A stretch of DNA of 64,000 nucleotides from an uncultured Chloroflexia bacterium (GCA_963828965.1 CAWHGL010000005.1:180352-244351), one strand, 5' to 3'. Shown: positions 48,284 to 59,796, counted from the stretch's first letter. The notes: generated by a model not told the origin, from the letters alone. Program-made: numbers and translations.

Positions 48284-49581
48284 CCGCCGCGACGGACGTC
48301 CTCGCCAGCAGCGGGTCGGGTCTCGCCGCGCAGCGCGCCAAGCGCGATGCCCGGATCCGGGCACTGCTGTTCGGCGCGTTCGGCATCCTGGCCATCTACT
48401 TCGCGAGCCAGAGTCTGTCCACGACGGCCACGTTCTCCTTCTGGATCGTCGAGCAGGGTGGCGACAGCGCCCAGCTCCAGACGACCGTCGGGGTCCTGTG
48501 GGTCGTCGCCGGCCTGGTGTCGCTCTTCGTCGCCGTCCTGCAGCTGATCAAGGGGGCCACCCTCTGGTGGCGCCCGTGGCTGCTGCTGCTGGTCTGGCCC
48601 TGGGTGATCGCCGTCCTCGCCGCGGTCCTGAACGGGAAGCCCGCGAATCTCACGGGCATGATCGGGGGCAGCCTCGAGTTCGCCGTCCCGATCACGCTGG
48701 GGGCGCTCGCCGGCATCCTGTCCGAGCGGAGCGGCATGCTCAACATCGCCCTCGAGGGCAAGATGCTCGTCGGCGCCTGCGTCGCGTCCGTGGCCGCGAG
48801 CATCGGGCTCATGCTCACCGGCAACGCCTTCGTCGCGATCCTGATCGGGGTGACGGCGGCCATGCTGTCGGCCGGCCTGGTGGGCCTCCTCCTGGCGTGG
48901 ATGGGCATCCGGCACCGGATGGACCAGATCATCGCCGGCACCGTCATCAACATCGGCGCCGTCGGCATCACCAACTTCCTGTTCCTGCGCATCTTGAGCC
49001 GGAACACGGAGTTCAACCGGCCACCGACCATCGAGCCGTGGCGGATCCCGGTCCTGGCGGACGTGCCGGTCCTCGGCCCGATCTTCTTCTCCGCGAAGCC
49101 CTACGTGTACGTCATGTACGCCCTGGTCGCCATCCTGACCTACCTGCTGTTCCGTACCCGTTGGGGTCTCCGCCTCCGGGCCTCGGGCGAGAAGCCCGCC
49201 GCCGCGGGCACGGTCGGCATCGACGTCATCTCGATCCGCTATCGCTCGTTGTTCCTGGCGGGGCTCCTTGCCGGCCTCGCGGGCTCCTACCTGTCGCTGT
49301 CGGTCGCCGGCAACTTCGGTATGGAGATGGTCGCGGGCAAGGGCTTCATCGCCCTCGCGGCCATGATCTTCGGGGCGTGGCACCCGGTCGGGGCGCTCGG
49401 CGCCGCGCTCGTGTTCGGCTTCGCCGGCACGACCCAGACGCTGCTGGCGATCCTCGGCGTCGACGTGCCGCCGCAGCTGCTCAACAGCGTCCCGTACGTC
49501 GTCACCATCATCGTCGTCGCGGGCGTCGTGGGACGGGTCCGCGGTCCGGCCGCCGCCGGGCAGCCGTACGAGCAGGGGTGA
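48280..49581 (+). CDS. Nucleoside ABC permease
   Basis: SERSGMLNIALEG, GLRLRASGE, GKGFIALAA, PYVVT. Confidence 0.9.
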   Translation: MTAATDVLASSGSGLAAQRAKRDARIRALLFGAFGILAIYFASQSLSTTATFSFWIVEQGGDSAQLQTTVGVLWVVAGLVSLFVAVLQLIKGATLWWRPWLLLLVWPWVIAVLAAVLNGKPANLTGMIGGSLEFAVPITLGALAGILSERSGMLNIALEGKMLVGACVASVAASIGLMLTGNAFVAILIGVTAAMLSAGLVGLLLAWMGIRHRMDQIIAGTVINIGAVGITNFLFLRILSRNTEFNRPPTIEPWRIPVLADVPVLGPIFFSAKPYVYVMYALVAILTYLLFRTRWGLRLRASGEKPAAAGTVGIDVISIRYRSLFLAGLLAGLAGSYLSLSVAGNFGMEMVAGKGFIALAAMIFGAWHPVGALGAALVFGFAGTTQTLLAILGVDVPPQLLNSVPYVVTIIVVAGVVGRVRGPAAAGQPYEQG

Positions 49582-49603
49582 CGGCCCTGGTCACGGCGCG
49601 GCG

Positions 49604-50650
49604 ATGAGCGCCGGCTCGCAGGACGCGTGGGCCGAAGTCCATTCGATACCCACCGCCCACAAGGTCGCGGCCTCTCCGCGGACGGCGCCGTACGGGACGG
49701 TCGACGTGCCGTTGCCGCTCATCATCGACAGCGACCCGGGCCTCGATGACGCGCTGGCCATCGGCCTCGCGGTGGCCAGTCCCGAGCTCGACCTGCTCGC
49801 CGTCACGACGGTCGGCGGCAACGCCGACGTCACGCACTGCACGGAGAACGCACTGCGGCTGCTGCACGCGTACGGCCGCTCCGACATCCCCGTCGGCGAA
49901 GGCGCGGCCGGTCCGTTGTTCGGCACCGTCGTGCGTGCGACCGAGGTCCATGGCGAGAGCGGGATCGGATCGACCCGCCTCGACCCGTCGCCCGAGCGCG
50001 CCCGCCCGGAGGGCGCGATCGACCTGATCGCCGGGCTCCTCGCGGCCAGCCCCGTCCCGGTCGCCATCGCGCCGATCGGCCCGCTGACGAACATCGCCCT
50101 GCTCCTCAAGCTCCACCCCGAGCTCGCCCCGCGGATCTCGCACCTCTCGATCATGGGCGGCTCGATCGGCGAGGGGAACACGACGGTGTCGGCCGAGTTC
50201 AACATCTACGCCGACCCGGAGGCGGCGGACATCGTCTTCCGCTCGGGCGTCCCGATCACGATGATCGGGCTCGACGTCACCCACCAGGCGCTGCTCGACC
50301 GCGCCTCGGCGGCGGCCCTGCGCGCCGGTGGCGGGACCTCGGCGCGGATCGCGGCCGAGCTCACCGAGTTCGCCCTGGACCGCAACCTGGAATGGTCGGG
50401 CTCGACGACCACGGCCATCCACGATGCCGTCGCCATCGCCCACCTGGCGGTGCCCGACCTCGTCGCGGTCGCCCCGTATCACGTCGTGGTCGACACGACC
50501 GATGGCCCGGCACGCGGCCGGACGGTCTGCGACGGCCTGCCGTACCGCCTCCGCCGCGACGGCCGGACGGCCAACGCCGACGTCGGCATCGTCATCGACC
50601 GCGGCCGGTTCGAGCAGCTCATCATCGACGCGTTCGCGCGGCTGCCCTAG
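49604..50650 (+). CDS. Inosine-uridine preferring nucleoside hydrolase (alternative start GTG 49706)
   Basis: DSDPGLDDA, GGN, VHGESG, GPLTN, MGG, AEFNIYADPEAA, HD. Confidence 0.92.
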   Translation: MSAGSQDAWAEVHSIPTAHKVAASPRTAPYGTVDVPLPLIIDSDPGLDDALAIGLAVASPELDLLAVTTVGGNADVTHCTENALRLLHAYGRSDIPVGEGAAGPLFGTVVRATEVHGESGIGSTRLDPSPERARPEGAIDLIAGLLAASPVPVAIAPIGPLTNIALLLKLHPELAPRISHLSIMGGSIGEGNTTVSAEFNIYADPEAADIVFRSGVPITMIGLDVTHQALLDRASAAALRAGGGTSARIAAELTEFALDRNLEWSGSTTTAIHDAVAIAHLAVPDLVAVAPYHVVVDTTDGPARGRTVCDGLPYRLRRDGRTANADVGIVIDRGRFEQLIIDAFARLP

Positions 50651-50660
50651 CATCCGTCGC

Positions 50661-51313
50661 GTGCCGGCCACGCCCGCGGTCACGCCCCGCGACCTCGGCG
50701 CGCCCTTGCGCTACGTGGCCCTGGGCGACTCGTACACGATCGGGACGTCGGTATCGGCGGGGGAGCGGTTTCCGGATCAGCTGGTCGCCGCGCTGCGGGC
50801 CGAGCCCACGGCCGGGCGCACGCTCGAACTCGTGGCCAACCTCGCCGTCAACGGCTACACCACGGCCGACCTGATCCGCGACGAGCTGCCGGCCCTCGAC
50901 GGACTCGCCCCAGGGTTCGCCACCCTCTGCATCGGCGTGAACGACGTCGTCCAGGGTGTGCCGCCGGCTGTCTACGAGGAGCGCGTTACCGCGATCCTCG
51001 CGGCCCTCCTCGCCAGACTGTCGCCGGAGCGGGTCGTCGTGGTGGCGATCCCGGACTACACGGTCACGCCAGCCGGCGCCGACTACGGCGAGCCGGCCGC
51101 CCGGAGCGCCGCCATCGACGTCGCCAACGTCACCATGGCCCGGCTGTGTGCCGAACGGTCGATCGCGTTCGTCGACATCGTCGACATCTCGCTCGAGGCC
51201 GCCGCAGACCGCCGTCTCGTCGCCGGCGACGGGCTCCATCCGAGCGGCGCCCAGTACGCGCGCTGGGTCGAGCGGATCGCGCTCCGTCGTCCGGGCGCTA
51301 GTCGCGCCGCTGA
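50661..51313 (+). CDS. SGNH/GDSL hydrolase; 3' end uncertain (frameshift near 51283)
   Basis: ALGDSYT, NLAVNG, IGVND, DGLHPS. Confidence 0.85.
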
Positions 51314-51925
51314 GCTCGCCTCCGCGCCGGCCTCGCCGTCGGCCGCGGCCAGCAGCTCCCAGCTCCGGCGGCGGGGCAGGGCCTTCCACTCGTCGCGCAG
51401 GATCGACATCCGGACGCCATCGACGTACCGGCCATCACCGAACCAGGCGTGCCGGAGCCGGCCCTCCTCGGTGAAACCGGCCTTGCGATACGCCGCCTGG
51501 GCGGCGAGGTTGTCGGCATCGGTGTCGAGCCAGACGCGTTCCAGGCGGAGCTCGCCGAAGGCGAAGTCGACGACGGCGTTGACCGCGTCGGTGCCCAGGC
51601 CCCGACCGCGGAGGCCCGGCTCGCCGATGCCGATGCCGAAGGCACAGCTCCCGTTGGTCCGGTCGATGTCGAAGATGTCGGTGCGACCGACCGGCCGGTC
51701 GTCATCGAGGCGGCAGACGATGAAGCGGAAGACGTCGTCACCGTCGCCGGTCACGGCATCGTCGTAGCGCCGGCGTCGTCGGGCGAGGCTCGTCGGCATA
51801 TCGCCCATCAGCTTGCGGAAGCGGTCGTCGGCGTACCAGCCGGCGACGAGGTCGGCGTCCTCCGGCTCCAGGGGCCGGAGATAGACATGCTCACCGCGCA
51901 GGCCGCGCATCGGTCGGTCGGTCAT
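51298..51925 (-). CDS. RimJ/RimL-type GNAT N-acetyltransferase; 3' end approximate
   Basis: VYLRPLE, FGIGIG, RGRGLGT, ELRLERVWL, NLAAQAAYRKAGF, MSILRDEW. Confidence 0.85.
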
Positions 51926-51935
51926 GGCCGTCAGC

Positions 51936-52334
51936 CTAGCGTCCGCGATGAGCGTCGCGTCGTGGGTCCTGCAGTTCGTGGAGACGGGCGTCGCTGATCC
52001 CGAAGTGGTGGGCGATCTCGTGATAGACCGTGTCCGTCACCCGCGCGGCGAGCGCCTCCGGGGTGGGGGAGGAGCGCACGAGCGGGCCGCGAAACAGGGT
52101 GATCTTGCTGGGCACGGCGGCCGCCTCCGCGCCGTACGCCGTGCGAGGCACGCCCTGGTACAGGCCGTACAACCCGCGCGCACCCACGGACGTGAGCTGC
52201 GCCGGCGTCGGCTCCTGCTCGATCACGATCGCCACGGAGCCGAGCTCGTCGCGGAAGACCGCCGGCAGCGCGTCGAGTGCGTCGTACACGAGGTCTTCGA
52301 GGGCATCGTCGTCGGGCTCGATCAAGGCGTCCAA
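51936..52334 (-). CDS. Small zincin-like metallopeptidase; start approximate
   Basis: GLYQGVP, ITLFRGP, HEIAHHFG (HExxH). Confidence 0.8.
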   Translation of the reverse strand: MDALIEPDDDALEDLVYDALDALPAVFRDELGSVAIVIEQEPTPAQLTSVGARGLYGLYQGVPRTAYGAEAAAVPSKITLFRGPLVRSSPTPEALAARVTDTVYHEIAHHFGISDARLHELQDPRRDAHRGR

Positions 52335-52502
52335 GGCAGCGCTCCAGCGATCCGGCGCGCGTGGCCGGCGGTACGGGTGGGACCACAGCGTAGCCGCGGT
52401 TCCCGTCGCGCGTGCGTGACGGCGAGGGAGCGCGGCTCGCGACCCATCGCGGCTCGTCCCGGCCGCCGGTCCGGTCTCCGCCCGGCTACCATGGACCTCC
52501 CG

Positions 52503-55500
52503 ATGACGATCGCCCCGAACGACTTCACGCATCTCCACGTCCACTCGGAGTTCAGCCTCCTCGACGGCCTCGGGCGGATCACCGAGCTCGTCGACGCGGC
52601 CGCCCAGCAGGGCATGGATTCGATGGCGATCACGGACCACGGTGCGCTGTACGGTGCCGTCGCGTTCTACCAGGCGGCGAAGAACAAGGGCATCAAGCCG
52701 ATCGTCGGCGTCGAGACCTATGTCGCCCCGCGGTCGATGACGTCCAAGGAGGGCAAGGCCGACAGCCAGCCCTTCCACCTCATCCTCCTGGCCCAGGACT
52801 ACCGCGGCTATCAGAACCTGTGCCGGCTCGCCACCGACGCCCACATCGACGGCTACTACTACAAGCCGCGCATCGACCTCGACCACCTGGCCAGGTACAG
52901 CGAGGGCCTCATCGGCCTCAGCGCGTGCCTCGGCGGCGAGGTCGCCAAGGCGCTCGAGGTCGAGGACTGGGACCTCGCCCGTGCGGCGGCCGGCCGCTAT
53001 GGCGAGATCTTCGGCAAGGATCGCTTCTTCCTCGAGCTCCAGGACCACGGCCTCCCCGAGCAGACCCGCCTGAACGGCCAGCTCCTGCGGCTCGCGCCGG
53101 AAGTCGGCCTGCCGCTGGTCGTCACCAACGACCTCCACTACGTCCGCGAGGAGCAGTCCGAGGCGCACGACGTCCTGCTTGTGCGTGGGGACCGGCAACA
53201 ACCTCGACACCCCGGGCCGCCTCAAGTTCGACACCCACGAGTTCTACGTGAAGTCGGCGGCCCAGATGGGGGCGTTGTTCCCCGACCAGCGCGACGCGAT
53301 CCTCAACTCCCGGCGGATCGCCGAGATGACCGACCTCACCCTGCCGCTCGGGCAGCTGCGCATCCCGCACTTCCCGGTGCCCGACGGCGAGACCGTCGAA
53401 TCGTGGCTGCGCAAGGAGTGCGAGGCGGGGCTCGCCCGGCGCTACGGCACGGTCACGCCGGAGCTCCAGGCCCGCCTCGACTACGAGCTCGGCGTGATCA
53501 CGAGCATGGGCTACGCCGGCTATTTCCTCATCGTCGCCGACTTCATCGCGTTCGCCCGGCGCGAGCGGATCCAGACCACCTGCCGCGGCAGCGCCCCGGG
53601 CAGCATCGTGACCTACACGCTGGGGATCACGCCGGTCGACCCGATCCTCTACCAGCTCCCGTTCGAGCGGTTCCTCAACCCCGATCGCGTGACGATGCCC
53701 GACATCGACGTCGACTTCGAGGACGGCCGGCGCGACGAGGTCATCGCCTACGTCGGGCGCAAGTACGGCCAGGACCACGTCGCCCAGATCATCACGTTCG
53801 GCACGATGCTGGCCCGCGCCGCGATCCGCGACGTCGGGCGGGTGCTGGGCCACAGCTACGGCGAGGTCGACCGGATCGCCAAGGCCGTGCCCAACCAGCT
53901 CGGGATCAAGCTCGACGAGGCGCTCGAGACCGCGCCCGCCCTGCGCGAGCAGGTCGACGCCGACCCGGCGGTCAAGCGGATCATCGACTTCGCCCGCCAT
54001 CTCGAGGGGGTCGCCCGCAACGCGAGCACGCACGCGGCGGGCGTCGTCATCAGCCGCGAGCCGCTGACCGAGCTCATGCCGCTCCAGAAGGCGACGAACT
54101 CGGACTCGCTGATGACCCAGTACGAGATGCACGCCATCGAGGCGCTGGGCCTCCTCAAGTTCGACTTCCTGGGGCTGTCGAACCTGACGATCCTGCGCCA
54201 CGCCGTCGACCTCGTGCGGGCGAACCGCGCGGTCGAGATCGACCTCGACACGATCCCGCTCGATGACGGCCGGACCTTCGAGCTGCTGGCCAGCGGCGAG
54301 ACCACGGGCGTCTTCCAGCTCGAGTCCGCCGGGATGCGCCGCTACATCCGCGAGCTGCGCCCGACGAGCGTGTACGACCTCGCGGCCATGGTCGCCCTCT
54401 ACCGCCCGGGCCCGATGGACAACATCCCGGCCTACATCCGGCGCAAGCACGGCCAGGAGGCCGTGACCTACCTGCACCCGCTCCTGGAGCCCTACCTGGA
54501 GAAGACCTACGGGATCTTCGTCTACCAGGAGGACATCATGGCCGCGGCCATCGCCCTGGGCGGGTTCACCGGCCCCGAGGCGGACACGCTCGGCTACGCG
54601 ATCCGCAAGAAGAAGTCGAGCGTCCTGCGCGCCCAGAAGGAACGCTTCGTCCGCCAGGCGGGGGAGCGTGGCGTCGAGCCCAAGATCATCGACGCCGTGT
54701 TCAAGGCCTTCGAGCCGTTCGAGCGCTACGGCTTCAACAAGGCCCACGCCACCTGCTACGGGCTCATCGCCTACCAGACCGCCTATCTGAAGGCGAACCA
54801 CACGGTCGACTACATGACCGCGGTCCTGACGGCCTTCCGGGCGAACGAGGAGAAGGTCGCCGCGGCCGTCGCCGAGTGCCGCCGGATGAGCATCGAGGTG
54901 CTCCCGCCGGACGTCCATCGCAGCCATCTCGAGTTCACGGTCGAGGGCGACGCCATCCGGTTCGGGCTGCTGGCCGTCAAGAACGTCGGGCAGAGCGCCA
55001 TCGAATCGATCATCGCCGCGCGCAACGAGGGCGGCGAGTTCCGCTCGCTCACCGACTTCTGCACCCGCATCGACCTGCGTCTGGCCAATCGCAAGGTCCT
55101 CGAGGCGCTCATCAAGGTCGGGGCGCTCGACGTCTTCGGTCACCCCGCGCAGCTGCTGCTCGGGCTCGATGACGCGGTCAACTCGGCCCAGGCGACGCAG
55201 CGCGACCGGATCAGCGGCCAGACATCGCTGTTCGACCTCGCCGCCGCGGACGCCGAGGTCTTCGAGCGGCCGCTGCCCGCGGCGACCGAGGTCCCGACCC
55301 GCGAGCGGCTGCGCTGGGAGAAGGAGCTCCTCGGGCTCTACCTCTCGGAGCACCCGATGGGCGAGGTGGCCGAGCAGGTCGGCGGGTTCGTCAATGCGTA
55401 TTCGGGCGACCTCAAGGACGAGGCACTCGACGGCCAGCGGGTCGTGATCGGCGGGATCGTGACCGGGCTGCGCACGGTCATCACCAAGCGCCAGGAGTCG

Positions 55501-56400
55501 ATGGCCATCGCGACCCTCGAGGATCTCCAAGGCTCGATCGAGGTCGTCGTGTTCCCGCGGCTGTACGAGACGACGCGGGCGACCTGGCGCGACGGCGCGA
55601 TCCTGCTGGTCGCCGGCCGCGTCGACCACAAGGGCGAGGAGGTCTCGCTGCTCGCGGACATGGCCGCGGACTGGGACGATGCCGTCCTGCGCGGTCCCGA
55701 GGCCTTCGCTCGCGAGGTCGCGGCCGGCGACCGCTCGGGTGGCCGCAACGGCGGTCCGCGCCGCCAGCCGGTCGCCGTGGGGCCCGGGGCGGGACGACCC
55801 GCGGCCGTCGCGGCCCCGGCGGGCGTCACCGCCGGTACTTCGCCGGCACCCGGTGGGATCGCGCTCGCGGCGCCGCCGCCCGGCGGACCACCGCCCGACG
55901 AGCGGCTCCCTGGCGGCCCGCCACCCACCCCACCGCTCGTGGCCACCGGGCCGAGGACGTCGACGAGCGCCGACCCGGGCACGCTGCCACCCATCCGGCC
56001 GCTCGACCCCGTCCCGACCTACGTCTCGTCGCCGGGATCGGTCGGCCACGAGGGCGACGACGACGACGAGCCGTCCGTGCCCGACGAGGCGCGCGCCCGG
56101 ATCGTCGGCGACGCCACCGCCGATACGGCGGTCAGCGCCGGTCCGGACACGATCCTCCACGTCCGCTTCCACGGCTCGGCGGCCCCCGACCGGCTGGTCC
56201 TCGCCATGGAGCAGTTCAAGGCGCTCCTGCGCGACCGGCCCGGCGCGACGCGGGTGGTCATCCACGTGCCCGCGACCGGCGGTGGCGAGGCCCTGCCGAT
56301 GGAGCTCCGCCGCGGCGTGGCCTACGACACCGAGCTCGTCGCCGAGGTCCGTCGCCGGCTGGGCGACGGGGTCGTCGACCTGCGGCTCGCCAGCGCCTGA
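52503..56400 (+). CDS. dnaE: DNA polymerase III alpha subunit; frameshift near 53181
   Basis: HLHVHSEFSLLDG, TDHG, GRGSA-like CRGSAPGS, PDIDVD, FEPFERYGFNKAH, QTSLF clamp motif, GLYLSEHP, OB fold. Confidence 0.96.
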
Positions 56401-56440
56401 GCGCCCGGCGCCCGGACGCTCGGCGCCTGGACGACTGTCG

Positions 56441-56905
56441 CTACGGCGCGGGGTCGATGGCGACCACGAGCGCCGACCACGGGCAGTAGCGCTCGCTCGT
56501 GACCACACCGGCTTCGACGTCGGACGGGATGCCGTCACAGACCTCGATCGTGGTGTCCGCGAACTCGATGTCGTCCGGGTCGATCGACCAGCTGTAGCCC
56601 GTGTTGACGCCCGTCGTACGCACGACGAGGCCATTCGGGATGCCCGGCGCATCCTCGCCGGCAAGCAGCTGGTGGGCGATGGCGATGTCGTCGGGGTGGG
56701 TCAGCAGGATCCGGTACCGCTCGTCGCCGGCGACCTCGAACGTGACGACGATCGGAGCACCCGACGGGGCGGCGCTCGACGCCGTCGACGCCCCGTCATC
56801 GCCGCCGACGCAGGCCGCCGCGACCATGGCGATGGCGACCAGCGCCGCCATGGCCAATGCGTGCCGCGCGCGTCGCCCGGCGCCGCTCAGGCCCGCGCCG
56901 GGCAT
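56441..56905 (-). CDS. Hypothetical lipoprotein, BP74-like (true start may be 56851)
   Basis: Lipobox AAAC; NTGYSWSIDP, EVCDG, CPW pattern recalled from BP74-related proteins. Confidence 0.6.
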   Translation of the reverse strand: MPGAGLSGAGRRARHALAMAALVAIAMVAAACVGGDDGASTASSAAPSGAPIVVTFEVAGDERYRILLTHPDDIAIAHQLLAGEDAPGIPNGLVVRTTGVNTGYSWSIDPDDIEFADTTIEVCDGIPSDVEAGVVTSERYCPWSALVVAIDPAP

Positions 56906-57477
56906 CAGCTCTGACCGGCGATCCGGCGGACCTCCTGCACCGAGGAGAGTCGCTCGTGGAACTCGGCACGGACCTGGTTGAGGACCTCCGCCGAGATGTC
57001 GAGCTCCTTGGCGATCTCGTTGACCTCGGTCGACTCCTCCGCCGAGATCGACCCGTCGGCCGCACTGATGACGAAGCAGGCGTGGATCATCGCGACCTTC
57101 TGCTCGTCGGTGGCGAGGGCGGCGAATTCGCGCGTGACGACGTAGTCCTCGGTGCCGCCCACGGTGTTGGCCTGGAACTTGGCCATCTCCGCGATGAGTA
57201 CCGCGGTCGCCTCGTCGAGGCCGGCTCGATCCTGGAGCTCGTGCTCGATGATCGCGGTCTCGTCCTCGCTGATGTCGAGGTCGGCGTTCGCGGCGCGGGC
57301 CAGCGTGTACGCCGCGGAGGCGACGAGGCGGGCCTGCTCGGGCGGCATCGCCTCAAGCTTGGCGACGATGCGCCGGACGGTGGCGGTGTCGCCGCTGGCG
57401 GTCTCGGCGCTCGTGAATGCGGCCTGGGTCGTGTCGGCTGCCGCGGTCTTGTCGGGGCCGAAGATGCGGTGGAACAT
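56905..57477 (-). CDS. TerB-like domain protein
   Basis: GAGAGG RBS; ARAANADLDISEDE and ISAADGSISAEESTEVNEIAKEL, two TerB-type metal-binding helical motifs. Confidence 0.75.
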   Translation of the reverse strand: MFHRIFGPDKTAAADTTQAAFTSAETASGDTATVRRIVAKLEAMPPEQARLVASAAYTLARAANADLDISEDETAIIEHELQDRAGLDEATAVLIAEMAKFQANTVGGTEDYVVTREFAALATDEQKVAMIHACFVISAADGSISAEESTEVNEIAKELDISAEVLNQVRAEFHERLSSVQEVRRIAGQS

Positions 57478-57563
57478 GGGTCCTCTCGGTGGTCGGTCTT
57501 GAGCATCGGGCCGCACGCGGCGGGCCGCGTGCCGGCGGTCGGCGCCACGATACCCTGTTCTGG

Positions 57564-58769
57564 ATGCGCACTCGCTTCGTGGACGTCCGCCTCATCGACG
57601 GCGTGGCCGACCACGTCCGCGAGCACGTCGACGTCGAGGTCGACGGGGAGCGGATCGCGGCCGTCGTGGCGCACGACCCGCGCCGGCCCGAGGCGCCCGA
57701 CGAGCACGTCATCGCGGGCGCCGGCCGCACGCTCCTGCCCGGCCTGATCGATGCCCACGCCCACTACACGTTCGACCCGACCGAGGGCTCGATCGCCACG
57801 ATCGCCCGACGCTCGGACGCCGAGATCGTCCTGGCCGCGGCGGGCCACGCGGCCCTCGCCCTGCGGGCCGGCGTCACCACGGCCCGCGGCGCCGGGTCGA
57901 TCCGGAACCTGGAGGTCGTGCTGCGCGACGCCATCGCGGCGGGGCGGATCCCCGGTCCGCGCCTCGTCGTGGCGGGCACCGCAGTCGGGATCACCGGCGG
58001 CCACGGTCACCAGTTCGGGCTGGAGGCGGATGGCCCTGAGGGCTTCGTGTCGGCGACGCGACGGGTCGTTCGCGACGGCGCCGACGTGGTCAAGGTCGTG
58101 GCATCGGAGGCGGCGATGCTCACGACGACGGGTCTTGCCCCGGGTCGCATGGTGCACGGCGCGCCGGAGCTGACCGAGGCGGAGCTGCGGGCCATCGTGG
58201 CGACCGCCGCCGATCTGGGGGTCCGGGTCATGAGTCACGCCCAGGACAGCGAATCCGTGCGCCGCTCGGCAGTCGCGGGCGTGACCAGCGTCGAGCACGC
58301 GTGGCTCGCCGATCGCGCCGCGATCGAGGCGCTGGCCGCCTCGGGTGGCTGGCTCGTGCCGACGCTCGTCGTCACCGACGTCAATCGGACGCTGCCCGGG
58401 CTGACGGCCGTCGAGCGCGAGCGCCAGGACCTGATCGAGCGGCGCCACCGTGCGTCGACCGAAGCCGCGATCGAGCTCGGCGTGCCCCTCGCGACCGGCA
58501 CCGACACGGGCGAGGTCGGGGTGACCGCCGACCTCGTCTGGCGCGAGATCGCGTTGCTGCACGAGCACGGCGCGAGCGCGATGACCGCGATCCAGGCGGC
58601 GACGTCCTCGGCGGCCCGGCTCCTCGGCGTCGAGGCCGAGACGGGCACCATCGAAGCCGGGAAGCTGGCCGATCTGGTCCTCGTCGACGGCGATCCACTC
58701 GGCGACCTGGGGCGACTGGCTACGCCGGCGTTCGTGATGCAGGCGGGCCGGATCGTCGTCGGCGGCTGA
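57564..58769 (+). CDS. Amidohydrolase family protein (Xaa-Pro dipeptidase-like metal-dependent hydrolase)
   Basis: PGLIDAHAH, GVTTAR, GGHG, VKV, SHA, EHA, GTD, GKLADLVLVDGDP. Confidence 0.9.
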   Translation: MRTRFVDVRLIDGVADHVREHVDVEVDGERIAAVVAHDPRRPEAPDEHVIAGAGRTLLPGLIDAHAHYTFDPTEGSIATIARRSDAEIVLAAAGHAALALRAGVTTARGAGSIRNLEVVLRDAIAAGRIPGPRLVVAGTAVGITGGHGHQFGLEADGPEGFVSATRRVVRDGADVVKVVASEAAMLTTTGLAPGRMVHGAPELTEAELRAIVATAADLGVRVMSHAQDSESVRRSAVAGVTSVEHAWLADRAAIEALAASGGWLVPTLVVTDVNRTLPGLTAVERERQDLIERRHRASTEAAIELGVPLATGTDTGEVGVTADLVWREIALLHEHGASAMTAIQAATSSAARLLGVEAETGTIEAGKLADLVLVDGDPLGDLGRLATPAFVMQAGRIVVGG

Positions 58770-58774
58770 TCCGC

Positions 58775-59215
58775 CTAGCGCCGGAGCAGGTCCGGGATCT
58801 CGGGCTCCGGGCCGGTCCAGCGCTGGACCTCCTCGGTCGCGAACCGACCGTAGTAGTTGATGAAATGGGCGCCATGCCGTCGCACCACGTCGACGACGAC
58901 CGCCTTGCGCTGCTCGCCCCGGACGCGGACCATCAGGACGGCCCCTCCATCGCGGACCGCGCGCTCGTACATGGCCATGTCGGGCAGCTGGTCCATGAGC
59001 GTGAACGAGACCGTCCGGCGGACGCGCGCCACGAACCCGTTCGTGGCGCCGGTCCCGTCGAGGCGGTCGGCGCCCTCGTCGCCACGAAGCACGGTCACGT
59101 CGGCGGCACGCAGGCCCGTGGTCATGAGCTCGGCCGCCGCCCCTGCTGCGCCCACCGGATCACGGAACGCGGCGAGCAGACGGTCGGTCGGGTAGCCGAT
59201 GAAGCGCGTCGCCAT
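58775..59215 (-). CDS. Hypothetical protein
   Basis: GC3 bias; ends HGAHFINYYGRF...; TACGCT 6 nt before ATG. Confidence 0.65.
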   Translation of the reverse strand: MATRFIGYPTDRLLAAFRDPVGAAGAAAELMTTGLRAADVTVLRGDEGADRLDGTGATNGFVARVRRTVSFTLMDQLPDMAMYERAVRDGGAVLMVRVRGEQRKAVVVDVVRRHGAHFINYYGRFATEEVQRWTGPEPEIPDLLRR

Positions 59216-59219
59216 GGCG

Positions 59220-59753
59220 CTAGCGTAGCGCCATGCTCATCCCCTGCACGGTGAGCGGCGAGCCTTCACGCAGGGGACCGCGCTCGCCCGTGTCGACGAA
59301 GCCCAAATCCTCATAGAACGCCACGGCGCCCGGGTTCGATGTCGTCACGCCGAGCTCGATCGCGCGGAAGCCCGCTGCACGAGCCCAGTCGACGACGCCG
59401 CGCACGAGGGCGGCGCCCAGCCCCTGGCGTCGAGCGACCGGATCCACCCACATGCCGAAGAGTCCGGCTGTTCCAGGGTCGTCAAGGCTCGGCCAGCCGA
59501 ACGCCATGCCCACGAGCGGGTCAGAGACCCCCGGCGCGGTCGCCACGAGGGCGATCGTCCCGCGCCGTTCGAGCCAGAACGCCCGCCACTCGTCCTCGGA
59601 TTGATCGGCTTCGCGTGCGAGCGTGGAGCCGAAGGCATCGGGTGCGTCGGCGAGCGCCCGCAGCCGGAGGGCCCGTACGGCGCGCCATTCGTCGGGGCGA
59701 GGGGCTCGGATGTCCACGACAACGGTGATGGTATCGCGTTCGGTGTGGCGCAT
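59220..59753 (-). CDS. GNAT acetyltransferase; start uncertain
   Basis: LRLRALADAPDAFGST, GMWVDPVARRQGLG, NPGAVAFYEDLGF. Confidence 0.85.
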   Translation of the reverse strand: MRHTERDTITVVVDIRAPRPDEWRAVRALRLRALADAPDAFGSTLAREADQSEDEWRAFWLERRGTIALVATAPGVSDPLVGMAFGWPSLDDPGTAGLFGMWVDPVARRQGLGAALVRGVVDWARAAGFRAIELGVTTSNPGAVAFYEDLGFVDTGERGPLREGSPLTVQGMSMALR

Positions 59754-59796
59754 ATCGAACAGCCGTTCTATCATCGGAGCGACGCCGGCCATCCGC

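Noticed and set aside
53170-53200. Programmed frameshift or split dnaE
   Set aside because: No slippery heptamer or downstream structure, and no split-intein ends; matches the many single-base errors elsewhere.
52503-56400. Inteins in dnaE (also checked pcrA and ligA)
   Set aside because: Conserved motifs are contiguous with normal spacing; the only insertions are low-complexity linkers.
53122-56664. Very long antisense or alternate-frame ORFs (e.g. 53122..56664, 39423..42275, 9165..11798, 13206..15521)
   Set aside because: Shadows of real genes in high-GC DNA, where stop codons are rare; Arg/Pro/Gly-rich and without motifs.
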